Assembly: GCA_002687795.1 (NCBI GenBank) | Contig: NZBG01000003.1 | Location: 24,557 to 88,556, forward strand | From: Candidatus Woesearchaeota archaeon | GTDB taxonomy: Archaea > Nanobdellota > Nanobdellia > Woesearchaeales > GCA-2687795 | DNA: 64,000 nucleotides | Reading direction: 5' to 3' | Shown here: positions 19,276 through 27,090 of the stretch, one piece after another | Layout: each line of letters starts with the position of its first letter | How positions within the stretch are numbered: position 1 is the stretch's first letter | The notes under the pieces: generated by a model | What the model was told of the DNA's origin: nothing | What the model saw: the letters and a program-made list of their open reading frames with translations, nothing else | The model's database searches: none | Program-made: the position numbers and the translations under genes

Positions 19276-19785
19276 CTATTCTTCTATTATTTCCTTTGTT
19301 TTAGAAATAATCTTCTTAGCTAGTTCAAGCTGTTCTTCATAAAGATTATCTTTAAGTGAAAGGCTTGTCCCATATTGATATTGCTCTCTTACTTCAATAG
19401 TTGTTTGTTCTTTGCTTTCTTCTGCATCCAAAGGTGATATCTTATCTATCATTTCTTTTTCAATATCTATCTTTCCATCCTCAATTAGACTGTTAATTAA
19501 TGCAAATGTACATTCCTGATTTCTTGCTTCATAACCAAACTTTGCTGCAATTGCTAATAAACAATGGTACATAGCATAAAAAACTGTACTTGCACTTATA
19601 TCTGAGAAACTGCCTTCTTTCAGATAGATTGTTGCTTTAAGATAATGGTCTGCTTTGTTTATATATTCTCTAGCTTTTTCTTTGCTAGGATTTACTTTAA
19701 CAAGACCTCTATGAGTATCGGAATCTTTTAGCTCTTTTTCAGCCTTTCTTAAACACCATTCAACCTTGTTCTTTGCATGGCTCAT
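19276..19785 (-). CDS. HEPN-domain protein (putative toxin partner)
   Basis: All-helical 169 aa with a HEPN-like core (VFYAMYHCLLAIAAKFGYEARNQ). Sits immediately downstream of the MNT gene with a 4-nt ATGA overlap. No obvious Rx4-6H motif. Confidence 0.6.
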   Translation of the reverse strand: MSHAKNKVEWCLRKAEKELKDSDTHRGLVKVNPSKEKAREYINKADHYLKATIYLKEGSFSDISASTVFYAMYHCLLAIAAKFGYEARNQECTFALINSLIEDGKIDIEKEMIDKISPLDAEESKEQTTIEVREQYQYGTSLSLKDNLYEEQLELAKKIISKTKEIIEE

Positions 19786-20363
19786 TCTTCAACTAAATCA
19801 ATAAGTTTATCTTCTCCAAAAGCCACAATACCTTTTATCGCACTCAATAAAGCTTTATCTTCTCTTTTTATATTTGCTTTAACATCTTCTTTAGATTGGT
19901 ACATTGGATGTAATTTCTTGATATTTACAAGGTTAATATTTTCCACCTCTTTTTTCACCTTTGGAAACCTTTTCTGGCTAGTTATCAACAAAACATCTAT
20001 ATCATTAACTTCTTTTTTTCTTAGTATAGAACCAAACAATACCGCCACATTTGCATTCTTAATCTTCTTGAGTTCATTAATCCATACCTTTACATAACTA
20101 GGTGCTTGTTCAGCCTCTCTTTTTAGCAGAAATCTAATATAATCTTTTACATAATCATTCCTCATATTTAGCTTGTATATCCTTGCTTTTCCAATCTCTT
20201 TGGATTTCAGTATATTTTCTTTCTCCAGCCTCCTAGCTATCTTAAGAGCACCCATTGGGCTGATCCCCAAATGCTTTCCCATGCTTCTAGCATTATATTG
20301 TTTCTCCGGACTCTTGAAAATGCTCAACACAAAGAGCATCTCATTATTGGTTATATCCTTCAT
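19782..20363 (-). CDS. wHTH - minimal nucleotidyltransferase (MNT, putative antitoxin)
   Basis: N-terminal winged helix (GISPMGALKIARRLEKENIL) and an NTase core LFGSILRKKEVNDIDVLL. Confidence 0.7.
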   Translation of the reverse strand: MKDITNNEMLFVLSIFKSPEKQYNARSMGKHLGISPMGALKIARRLEKENILKSKEIGKARIYKLNMRNDYVKDYIRFLLKREAEQAPSYVKVWINELKKIKNANVAVLFGSILRKKEVNDIDVLLITSQKRFPKVKKEVENINLVNIKKLHPMYQSKEDVKANIKREDKALLSAIKGIVAFGEDKLIDLVEE

Positions 20364-20428
20364 TTAAACTCACAGTTTACATATATAAACTCTAAGTTTA
20401 TATGCCTTTCGGTTTTAAGAAGTCAGAA

Positions 20429-20500
20429 CGCCCCTACCGGGATTTGAACCCGGGCCACAACCTCCGCAAGGTTGCATCCTATCCGCTAGACTATAGGGGC
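20429..20500 (-). tRNA. tRNA-Arg (GCG), intronless
   Basis: The reverse complement GCCCCTATAGTCTAGCGGATAGGATGCAACCTTGCGGAGGTTGTGGCCCGGGTTCAAATCCCGGTAGGGGCG folds as a cloverleaf. Anticodon loop is TTGCGGA. CCA is not encoded. Confidence 0.9.
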
Positions 20501-20601
20501 ATGTTGAAGGATAATCCTTATAGATTTATAAGTTATCTTTACCACCCACTGATGATAAATATAGAAAGATTTATAACGGATGAAATAGTACCATTTTCTT
20601 T

Positions 20602-21672
20602 ATGGCAAGCAATATACAGGACTTGGAAGAAAGGGCTAGGAACCTATATGCAAAAGGATTAGATCCAACTACATTATCCAAATTGCAGGAAATTGATGAT
20701 CCTTTAGATAGGCTATATTGTACGCTTTCAGTATTACTCCAATCTCCTGAATCTCAAATAGCTGATGACATAAAAGGACCTTTACAACAAACTGTTTCTG
20801 ATTCATATGAAAAAGCCATTAAGGAAAAAGAGAGTCTAGAGAAAAAAACAATAACCGATAAGTTAACTGGATTATTTAATAGATTACATCTGGAAAATAC
20901 AGTTTGCAATGAATTGTCCAGTGCATATAGGGATGGCAAGAAAAAATTCTCAGTCTTATTATTTGATATTGACTTTTTTAAGAAATTTAATGATACATAT
21001 GGGCACACAGCAGGCGATACTGTTTTAATATCACTTGGGGAAATTGTTGATGGAATAACTAGACAGCATGATATTCCTTGTCGCTATGGTGGTGAAGAGT
21101 TTGTAGTTGTTTTGCCAGAAACAGATTTAGATGGCGCAATAAAATATGGTTATCATCTAAATAAAGAAATTGGAAATACCAATATTACTTTCACTGATGA
21201 AGATGGTAATGAACAATCAAAATCAATAAATATCAGCACTGGTGTTACTGAGATTGATCAGGATGATCCTGTTTGGCTTCTTTATGGTAAAGCAGGAAGG
21301 GATATGATAAGAAATTATATTGGAAGTGGTTCCGATATTGAAGGAGAAGATGCAGCAGATATAATGGAACAATATCTCAGTATTTTCAAAAGAAAAGAAG
21401 AGGATGGTGATCATCCACGTTCCAGAAGAAAGAAACCTACAAAAAAGCTATTGAAAGAACAGCTACAAGATGTAGGTGATTTTGTTAGAAAATGGTTGGT
21501 AGAAAAGAAAAAGGATAATACCTCTGTTCACGAATCAAATCAGCAAATAGCTTTTGATTATATAATTAAAAGGGCTGATAATCTCCTGTATTTTGTAAAG
21601 AAAAGTGGAAGAAATAATATTGGGTATCGTAAGAAAGAAACTAACGAGAATGTTCTTTATAGAAAGGACTAA
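20602..21672 (+). CDS. GGDEF-domain diguanylate cyclase with a ~100-aa insertion
   Basis: LTGLFNR, FDIDFFKKFNDTYGHTAGD, I-site RQHD then IPCRYGGEEF (nearly identical to PleD RAIDLPCRYGGEEF as I recall it), and a terminal ADNLLYFVKKSGRNNIGY. Confidence 0.85.
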   Translation: MASNIQDLEERARNLYAKGLDPTTLSKLQEIDDPLDRLYCTLSVLLQSPESQIADDIKGPLQQTVSDSYEKAIKEKESLEKKTITDKLTGLFNRLHLENTVCNELSSAYRDGKKKFSVLLFDIDFFKKFNDTYGHTAGDTVLISLGEIVDGITRQHDIPCRYGGEEFVVVLPETDLDGAIKYGYHLNKEIGNTNITFTDEDGNEQSKSINISTGVTEIDQDDPVWLLYGKAGRDMIRNYIGSGSDIEGEDAADIMEQYLSIFKRKEEDGDHPRSRRKKPTKKLLKEQLQDVGDFVRKWLVEKKKDNTSVHESNQQIAFDYIIKRADNLLYFVKKSGRNNIGYRKKETNENVLYRKD

Positions 21673-21876
21673 GCATATAAGGCAATGATTCTTTTATGTT
21701 CAAGTAAGGGATATTATTCACAAACCTACCTCTTAACATCCAGTCCAACCTTTTTCTAACTTTACTTTTTTATTACAGAAAGATATTCTCAGAACAGTCG
21801 TTTAATTCTATAAAATAACCTTTAAACAACAACAAACTATAAAAACAAACATATCCTGTTTCTTAAATGGTTTTAA

Positions 21877-23106
21877 ATGTCTGACATAGCTATACTTCCA
21901 ATCAGGGCTAATGATGGCTTTGCCTTAAAGCTTGAAAGAAACTTCAGGGGCCTTAAAGCCCAGAACATAAAAAGGATTGAAGTAATCAACAGAAGGTTCA
22001 GCGATGGTGAATACAATCCTGTAATAATAGAAGAAAACGTTGAAGAAGGAAAGCCTGAAAAGAAATGCAAACACAAGAAGGTTTACCTTGTATGGACAAT
22101 CACCAACCAGATAACCCCAACTGAAAACTTTGCGAGAGTCCTTCTTTTAGCGGATGCAGCATACAGGGAAGGAGCAGAGGAAGTCAATCTTATAATTGCC
22201 TATCACTACTTCAACCGCCAGGACATTGACCCCACCCTGATCTACTCCCTTCAATCAGAAAAAGATGATGAAAAGAAGGAAAAGCAGATAGACAAACTCA
22301 TGAAGATGATTGGCCAGCCATTCAGCCTTAAAGTTCTAATCAACCATTTTTATCATGCAGGAATAAAGAAGGTTATAACCATTGAAGACCACTCTGACAG
22401 GACCCATAATCTATATGAAGAATCTTATAACTCAAAAGATGTTTACTACAACCTTGACCCTACTCCGGTCTATGCTCATTATATCCTGAACATACTGAAA
22501 GAAGACATTGACATTGGAAAGCAAGGGGAGAACCTCATCCTGTTAGGCCCTGACAAAGGCTCCTGGGAAATGCTTGAAAAGATTTACAACCTTCTTGGCC
22601 TAAAGAATGTAAAAAAGGTATTCTTTGACAAAAGCAGAATAAAGGAGAACGATCCTGAGCAGATAAAGTCTGTTATCAAATCAGAGATGAGCGATGTTCC
22701 TGACTTCAAAGACAAGATAATCATAGGCAGGGATGATATTGGCGATACATTAGGCACTTTTACAAAAAGCCTTGAACTTGTTTATGGGCAGAAGCCAAAA
22801 TATATCTTTGGCTTTATCTCCCATCTGATCCTGCCGTATCCCGAGGCTTACTCAAGGATATACAGGAGCAAGCTAAACCTAGTGGGCCTGAACACCCACC
22901 CCAACCTGATATACCAGTCAGAGATCGGCATACCCCAGATAACAATCCTTGACATCACGAAATACTTTGCAGAAGCAATAATCAAATGCGTTGAAAAATC
23001 AAAACCCGTTGAAGAAGTGTTCAGATTCACCAAAGACAACTTAGACGAAGCAGGCCTTCTTTACAAGATACAGAAGAAAGGTGAGCTTGAGAGGTTTTCT
23101 GGATAA
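21877..23106 (+). CDS. divergent ribose-phosphate pyrophosphokinase (PRPP synthetase)-like protein, paralogue 1
   Basis: RRFSDGEY, IIAYHYFNRQD (compare IPYYGYARQDR), EDHS, GPDKG, DKSR and the PRTase loop IIIGRDDIGDTLGT. There is an insertion after the RQD motif. Confidence 0.65.
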   Translation: MSDIAILPIRANDGFALKLERNFRGLKAQNIKRIEVINRRFSDGEYNPVIIEENVEEGKPEKKCKHKKVYLVWTITNQITPTENFARVLLLADAAYREGAEEVNLIIAYHYFNRQDIDPTLIYSLQSEKDDEKKEKQIDKLMKMIGQPFSLKVLINHFYHAGIKKVITIEDHSDRTHNLYEESYNSKDVYYNLDPTPVYAHYILNILKEDIDIGKQGENLILLGPDKGSWEMLEKIYNLLGLKNVKKVFFDKSRIKENDPEQIKSVIKSEMSDVPDFKDKIIIGRDDIGDTLGTFTKSLELVYGQKPKYIFGFISHLILPYPEAYSRIYRSKLNLVGLNTHPNLIYQSEIGIPQITILDITKYFAEAIIKCVEKSKPVEEVFRFTKDNLDEAGLLYKIQKKGELERFSG

Positions 23107-23199
23107 ATATCCTTTGAAATAGTTTTTTGGTTCTATCGGTTAGAATAATTAGGTTGGAGAAGATAAAAGTATAAAAATAAACAGTTTTATGTTTTATGT

Positions 23200-24576
23200 A
23201 TGTCTGATACTTTAGTAGCTCATATCTTAGATAATGACCAACTTGCTATAAAGCTTGGACAAGAGTTCTGGCGCTCTTTTGATATACCTGGTACCAATAG
23301 AGATAGTACTGTTGAGGATTACTTACTGGCTCATCCTTTGCTGATTAATGAACACTTTAAATATGATGAATATAGGCCTATAGTTGACGCTGTGACAAGG
23401 GAAAGCTTGGCTCATCCAGAGCAAGGTAGATGTGAAGGAAAAGTAGTTTACTTAGTATGGGGCATAACAAGCAGAATAAGTCCTCAAGAAGGGGAATCAA
23501 TGATTAGATATGCTGCTGATGCTTTGTACAGAGAAAGGGCCAAAGAGGTTAATTTAATCACTTACCTTTTCAAAGGCAGACAAGACATGGATCCTGCCCT
23601 AAGATTTAATAAAAAAAGATTTAGTGGAAAAAGTCCAGATGAGGTTAAAAAACTAGAGGAAAAGTTAGAGAGTATAAAAGGAGAATCCTTTAGCTTGGAG
23701 GTTATGCTTCAGGGTCTTTTTCAGAGTGGAATCAGAAATATAATAACATTAAACGCACATTCTTATGAGAGCACAAAACGAGTGTTAAGGAGAGTTTTTA
23801 ATTGGTATAAAGTGTTTGGTGAAGAACATGGATTGCCTAATTCTCCAAGTATAGATAAAATATTTTATGATATTGATTCTATGCCAATATTTGCACATTA
23901 TATTAAGTATAATCTGAGTAGGGTTTTGGATTTTGGTGATGAAGGAGAAAATCTTGTTCTTTTATCTCTAGATAAGGGGGATTGGGGAAGAACTGATATG
24001 GTATATGATCTTTTGGGTTTGAAGAATATGTTAGTATTATATCTTGATAAAGATAGAGAAATACCTGATGATCCTAGTAATTTGAGCTGCCTTATTGATC
24101 ATATAAGAACTAAAGATGGTCGTATAGATTGTAAGGATATAGAAGATGTTAGGCAGGTAACTAATATTTCGGGTAAGATCCTTTTGCTGCCAGATGATAT
24201 AATCAACACAGGGGGAACAATTTTCGAGCCGCTTCATCTTTTTAGTGATGGAATGCCTGAATATGTTTTTGCCTTTGCCCCTAATTCAACTCTACCACCA
24301 AGAACAGGTGTATACAAAAAGATTTATGATAACAGAGTAAATATTGTAACATCTGATTCACATCCAAATCTGCAAACTCATAGGGAAAGAGGAGCTACCC
24401 AGATTACAGTATTAAGCTTTGCAAAATATTTTGCAGATATTATAAGAAGTTATGTGAGCAAATCAAGACCATTGCCTTCTTCATTGTTTACGCCTGGAAA
24501 TCTAGAAGAAGTAGGTAATCTTTATGAGATTGTAACAAAAGGGAGAGAATTTGTTCCTTATAGGATTGGAGAGTAG
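23200..24576 (+). CDS. divergent PRPP synthetase-like protein, paralogue 2
   Basis: Collinear with paralogue 1 (VVYLVWGITSRISPQE, ITYLFKGRQDMDP, NAHS, LDKG). Its PRTase loop ILLLPDDIINTGGT is closer to canonical. Confidence 0.65.
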   Translation: MSDTLVAHILDNDQLAIKLGQEFWRSFDIPGTNRDSTVEDYLLAHPLLINEHFKYDEYRPIVDAVTRESLAHPEQGRCEGKVVYLVWGITSRISPQEGESMIRYAADALYRERAKEVNLITYLFKGRQDMDPALRFNKKRFSGKSPDEVKKLEEKLESIKGESFSLEVMLQGLFQSGIRNIITLNAHSYESTKRVLRRVFNWYKVFGEEHGLPNSPSIDKIFYDIDSMPIFAHYIKYNLSRVLDFGDEGENLVLLSLDKGDWGRTDMVYDLLGLKNMLVLYLDKDREIPDDPSNLSCLIDHIRTKDGRIDCKDIEDVRQVTNISGKILLLPDDIINTGGTIFEPLHLFSDGMPEYVFAFAPNSTLPPRTGVYKKIYDNRVNIVTSDSHPNLQTHRERGATQITVLSFAKYFADIIRSYVSKSRPLPSSLFTPGNLEEVGNLYEIVTKGREFVPYRIGE

Positions 24577-24580
24577 TTAT

Positions 24581-26068
24581 TTAACCACCAACCTGCCTCT
24601 TCACATCCTCCCCAACCTTCTTCCCAAGCACAGAAATAAGTTTACTAACGCTCGCCCTCTTAACATCACCTAAATCCTTAATCCCATAAAAATAAAGCTT
24701 TCTCGCCCTTGCCCTTCCGATGCCCTCCAGCCTTACCAAAGGCAACAGCTGCTCCTTAACACCATACTTGAGCCTTAACCTTAACTTAATCAATTCCTTC
24801 ACCGGAGGCCTTGGCTTCATCAGCTTAGCAATCTCCTCAGCTGCATACAAAAGCCAGTCAGCTCTCTCAAGCTTAACTCTTATCTCACCAGGCCTTATCC
24901 CAAACTCCTCCAGCAAAGTTTCCTCATCCTTCTCATTAACCCATTCCTCAAACACCATTGCAGTCTTAACCGCTCTCTGGAAACCATCATAAAAAGGCTC
25001 ATAACAATTAGGCACACTCATCAGCAACTCATCTGAATGCTTTAACAGAACCTTGTCTATCATCTCCTCATCCTTTACCCTAACGCTCAGCAAAGGCCTC
25101 ATCTCCAAGGTGTTAGACAACACCAAAAGCAATGAAAGCGACCTTGTTTCTTCCTTTGCCCTCTTAAGGCATCCAATAACAAAATCAGCAGTATAAGGGT
25201 CAATATAAAGCTCAGCAACCCTCTTCCCAATAATAGAAGCTTTATACTTATTATTCTCCAGATCAAGGGCAGACTGGAAATCCTCTGAGCCTGCGCTGCT
25301 CTCAATAAACCCCCAATCTAAAAGTAAGCCAATCATCTTATGGATTATCACTCTTAGCTTCTCCATATCCCTGAACTGGAACGCCCAGAACGTCTTCTTA
25401 AAAAATCCGATTATCTCTTTCTCGTCCCTGACATAACCTGTAGCTATCAAAGAAAGCAGATAAGTTCTCAAAGCAGGCTCAACCGCCAGCTTAGAATAGA
25501 TATCCTCAGGCTCCCCTGAAATATACAATTCATGGATCTTCTTCTTATGAGATTCATTATTAGCAACAACAATAGCCTCTCCATGCTCATCATAGCCAGG
25601 CCTTCCGGCTCTCCCAGCCATTTGGTAATACTCCAGCACAGGTATCCAGTCCAAACCTCTTCCACCATACCTTCTAAGCTCTTTAATGATTGCCCTGAAA
25701 GCAGGAATATTGATGCCCATGGCAAGCGTTGGCGTGGCGCAAATAACCTTAACAAGCTTATTCCTGAAAGCATTTTCAATCAATTCCTTCTGCTTCCCGA
25801 CAAGCCCAGCATGATGATATGCAATCCCTTTCTTAACGCACTTAGCAAGCCTCTCGCACTGCATAGTAGGCCTTGACAAAGCCTTTAACACCTGCCTTGA
25901 CAAATCCCCCAGCTCTTTACTTGATTCCTTAATCACCTTTGAAATATCCTCAGCAGCCTTCTCTGCCGAACGTTTAGTATTAGCAAACACAAGGCACTGT
26001 TTCTCATGCCTTAAAGTATCCAGAACAAGGTCTATGGCGCCGTCATTTGTTGGTGTAAGGATTTTCAT
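24581..26068 (-). CDS. Hel308/Ski2-like helicase lacking the first RecA domain (RecA2 + winged helix + ratchet + HhH only)
   Basis: Begins MKILTPTNDGAIDLVLDTLRHEKQCLVFANTKRSAEK and carries motifs IV-VI (ATPTLAMGINIPA, QMAGRAGRPG). Walker A and DExH are absent. The track ORF's first 29 codons (to 26155) read through the tRNA-Ile gene and were trimmed. Confidence 0.8.
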   Translation of the reverse strand: MKILTPTNDGAIDLVLDTLRHEKQCLVFANTKRSAEKAAEDISKVIKESSKELGDLSRQVLKALSRPTMQCERLAKCVKKGIAYHHAGLVGKQKELIENAFRNKLVKVICATPTLAMGINIPAFRAIIKELRRYGGRGLDWIPVLEYYQMAGRAGRPGYDEHGEAIVVANNESHKKKIHELYISGEPEDIYSKLAVEPALRTYLLSLIATGYVRDEKEIIGFFKKTFWAFQFRDMEKLRVIIHKMIGLLLDWGFIESSAGSEDFQSALDLENNKYKASIIGKRVAELYIDPYTADFVIGCLKRAKEETRSLSLLLVLSNTLEMRPLLSVRVKDEEMIDKVLLKHSDELLMSVPNCYEPFYDGFQRAVKTAMVFEEWVNEKDEETLLEEFGIRPGEIRVKLERADWLLYAAEEIAKLMKPRPPVKELIKLRLRLKYGVKEQLLPLVRLEGIGRARARKLYFYGIKDLGDVKRASVSKLISVLGKKVGEDVKRQVGG

Positions 26069-26086
26069 GTTAGAGAAGATAAAAAA

Positions 26087-26199
26087 TGGGCCCGCGGAGA
26101 CTTTCAAACCATCAATGGCTTTTGAACTCCGGACCTCACGATCTCTGCGATGCATGACATATATCAGTCGTGCGCACCACCAGACTATGCTACGGGCCC
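26087..26199 (-). tRNA. tRNA-Ile (GAT) with two introns (anticodon loop 19 nt; T-loop 20 nt)
   Basis: Reverse complement: GGGCCCG TA GCAT AGTCTGGTG GTGC G CACGA CTGATA[TATGTCATGCATCGCAGAG]A TCGTG AGGTC CGGAG TTCAAA[AGCCATTGATGGTTTGAAAG]T CTCCG CGGGCCC A. Removing the bracketed segments gives a 74-nt cloverleaf. Confidence 0.85.
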
Positions 26200-26296
26200 A
26201 TAAAAAATAGATTTATATAGCGATTTATATATTTTTTCGTAACATTTATAAATATTCTATCTGTATATAAAACTTAGCTAAAAAAAGAGGTGCCAA

Positions 26297-26830
26297 ATGG
26301 TCAGAGATTATGAGCTTCTGCCTGGAAAAGACATAGCAAGAATAAAGAAGGAATTAGGAGAACTAAAAGGTTCCGGGCTTTCTGCAGAAAAGATTGAAAC
26401 ATTAAACAGAAATCTAGGCGAATTGATAGATATTATAAAGGTTGCCAGCGACCAGATGAAGCTTGAAGAAACTGACCCTTACTCACACAAGCTTGACCAG
26501 GTCATTGAAAAGCTTGACAAGCTGATTTATGAGAATAAAGAGATAGCCGAAGGCATAATTGCAGTTGCAGACCTAGTAAAAAAACCCAAAGAAACCCCTC
26601 ACCATAAACCGCCTATGGGAACGCAGCCTCATCCAATGCCTCCTCCATTAAACCAGCCACCATCTCCTCAAAATCAGCCGCCTGGCCCAATGCCTCCGTT
26701 ACCAGCCCCATTACCTCCAATAACCCCACCGCCAGGTCCTCAGCAAACAGGTCCTGTTCCAATACCACCTTTACAACCTATTGGAAAACCGGAAAAGAAA
26801 CCAAAAAAACTCTTTGGCTTATTCAAATAA
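26297..26830 (+). CDS. hypothetical protein, coiled-coil N-half and proline-rich tail
   Basis: SD-like AGAGGTG lies upstream. The C-terminal 80 aa are about half Pro (PPMGTQPHPMPPPLNQPPSPQNQPPGPMPPLPAPLPPITPPPGP). Confidence 0.5.
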   Translation: MVRDYELLPGKDIARIKKELGELKGSGLSAEKIETLNRNLGELIDIIKVASDQMKLEETDPYSHKLDQVIEKLDKLIYENKEIAEGIIAVADLVKKPKETPHHKPPMGTQPHPMPPPLNQPPSPQNQPPGPMPPLPAPLPPITPPPGPQQTGPVPIPPLQPIGKPEKKPKKLFGLFK

Positions 26831-26833
26831 ACA

Positions 26834-27049
26834 ATGAACAGATTAATTCTTTCGGACAATGAGATTAACCCCATCAAATTAAGATTCTTTTTATCACATC
26901 TCAGAGCCCCAACCGAACCAGAAGCGCCAGTGCCAGCAAAAAAGCTAAGCAAAGTAGATATTAAGAAGCTACGCAAAAGAGTTTCATCCTTAAAGAGGCA
27001 GATTAGCAAGATTAAGAAGAAAAAGAATACAAAAAGAAAGAAAAAATAA
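26834..27049 (+). CDS. hypothetical small basic protein
   Basis: 71 aa with a Lys/Arg-rich tail, starting 3 nt after the previous stop. No recognisable family. Confidence 0.3.
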   Translation: MNRLILSDNEINPIKLRFFLSHLRAPTEPEAPVPAKKLSKVDIKKLRKRVSSLKRQISKIKKKKNTKRKKK

Positions 27050-27090
27050 AAACAGCAACTTTTATAAATCACAATACAACAATATTTCTA

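Noticed and set aside
20402-20662. 86-aa + strand ORF
   Set aside because: It reads antisense through tRNA-Arg(GCG) and the promoter region of the GGDEF gene. No coding features.
26069-26155. N-terminal 29 codons of the 524-aa helicase ORF
   Set aside because: These codons are the tRNA-Ile gene read as protein (MHRRDREVRSSKAIDGLKVSAGP...). The start was moved to Met30 at 26068.
26201-26240. Tandem GATTTATATA GC GATTTATATA repeat upstream of tRNA-Ile
   Set aside because: It is most simply read as duplicated TATA-box sequence in a bidirectional promoter region. It is too short to call as a repeat element.
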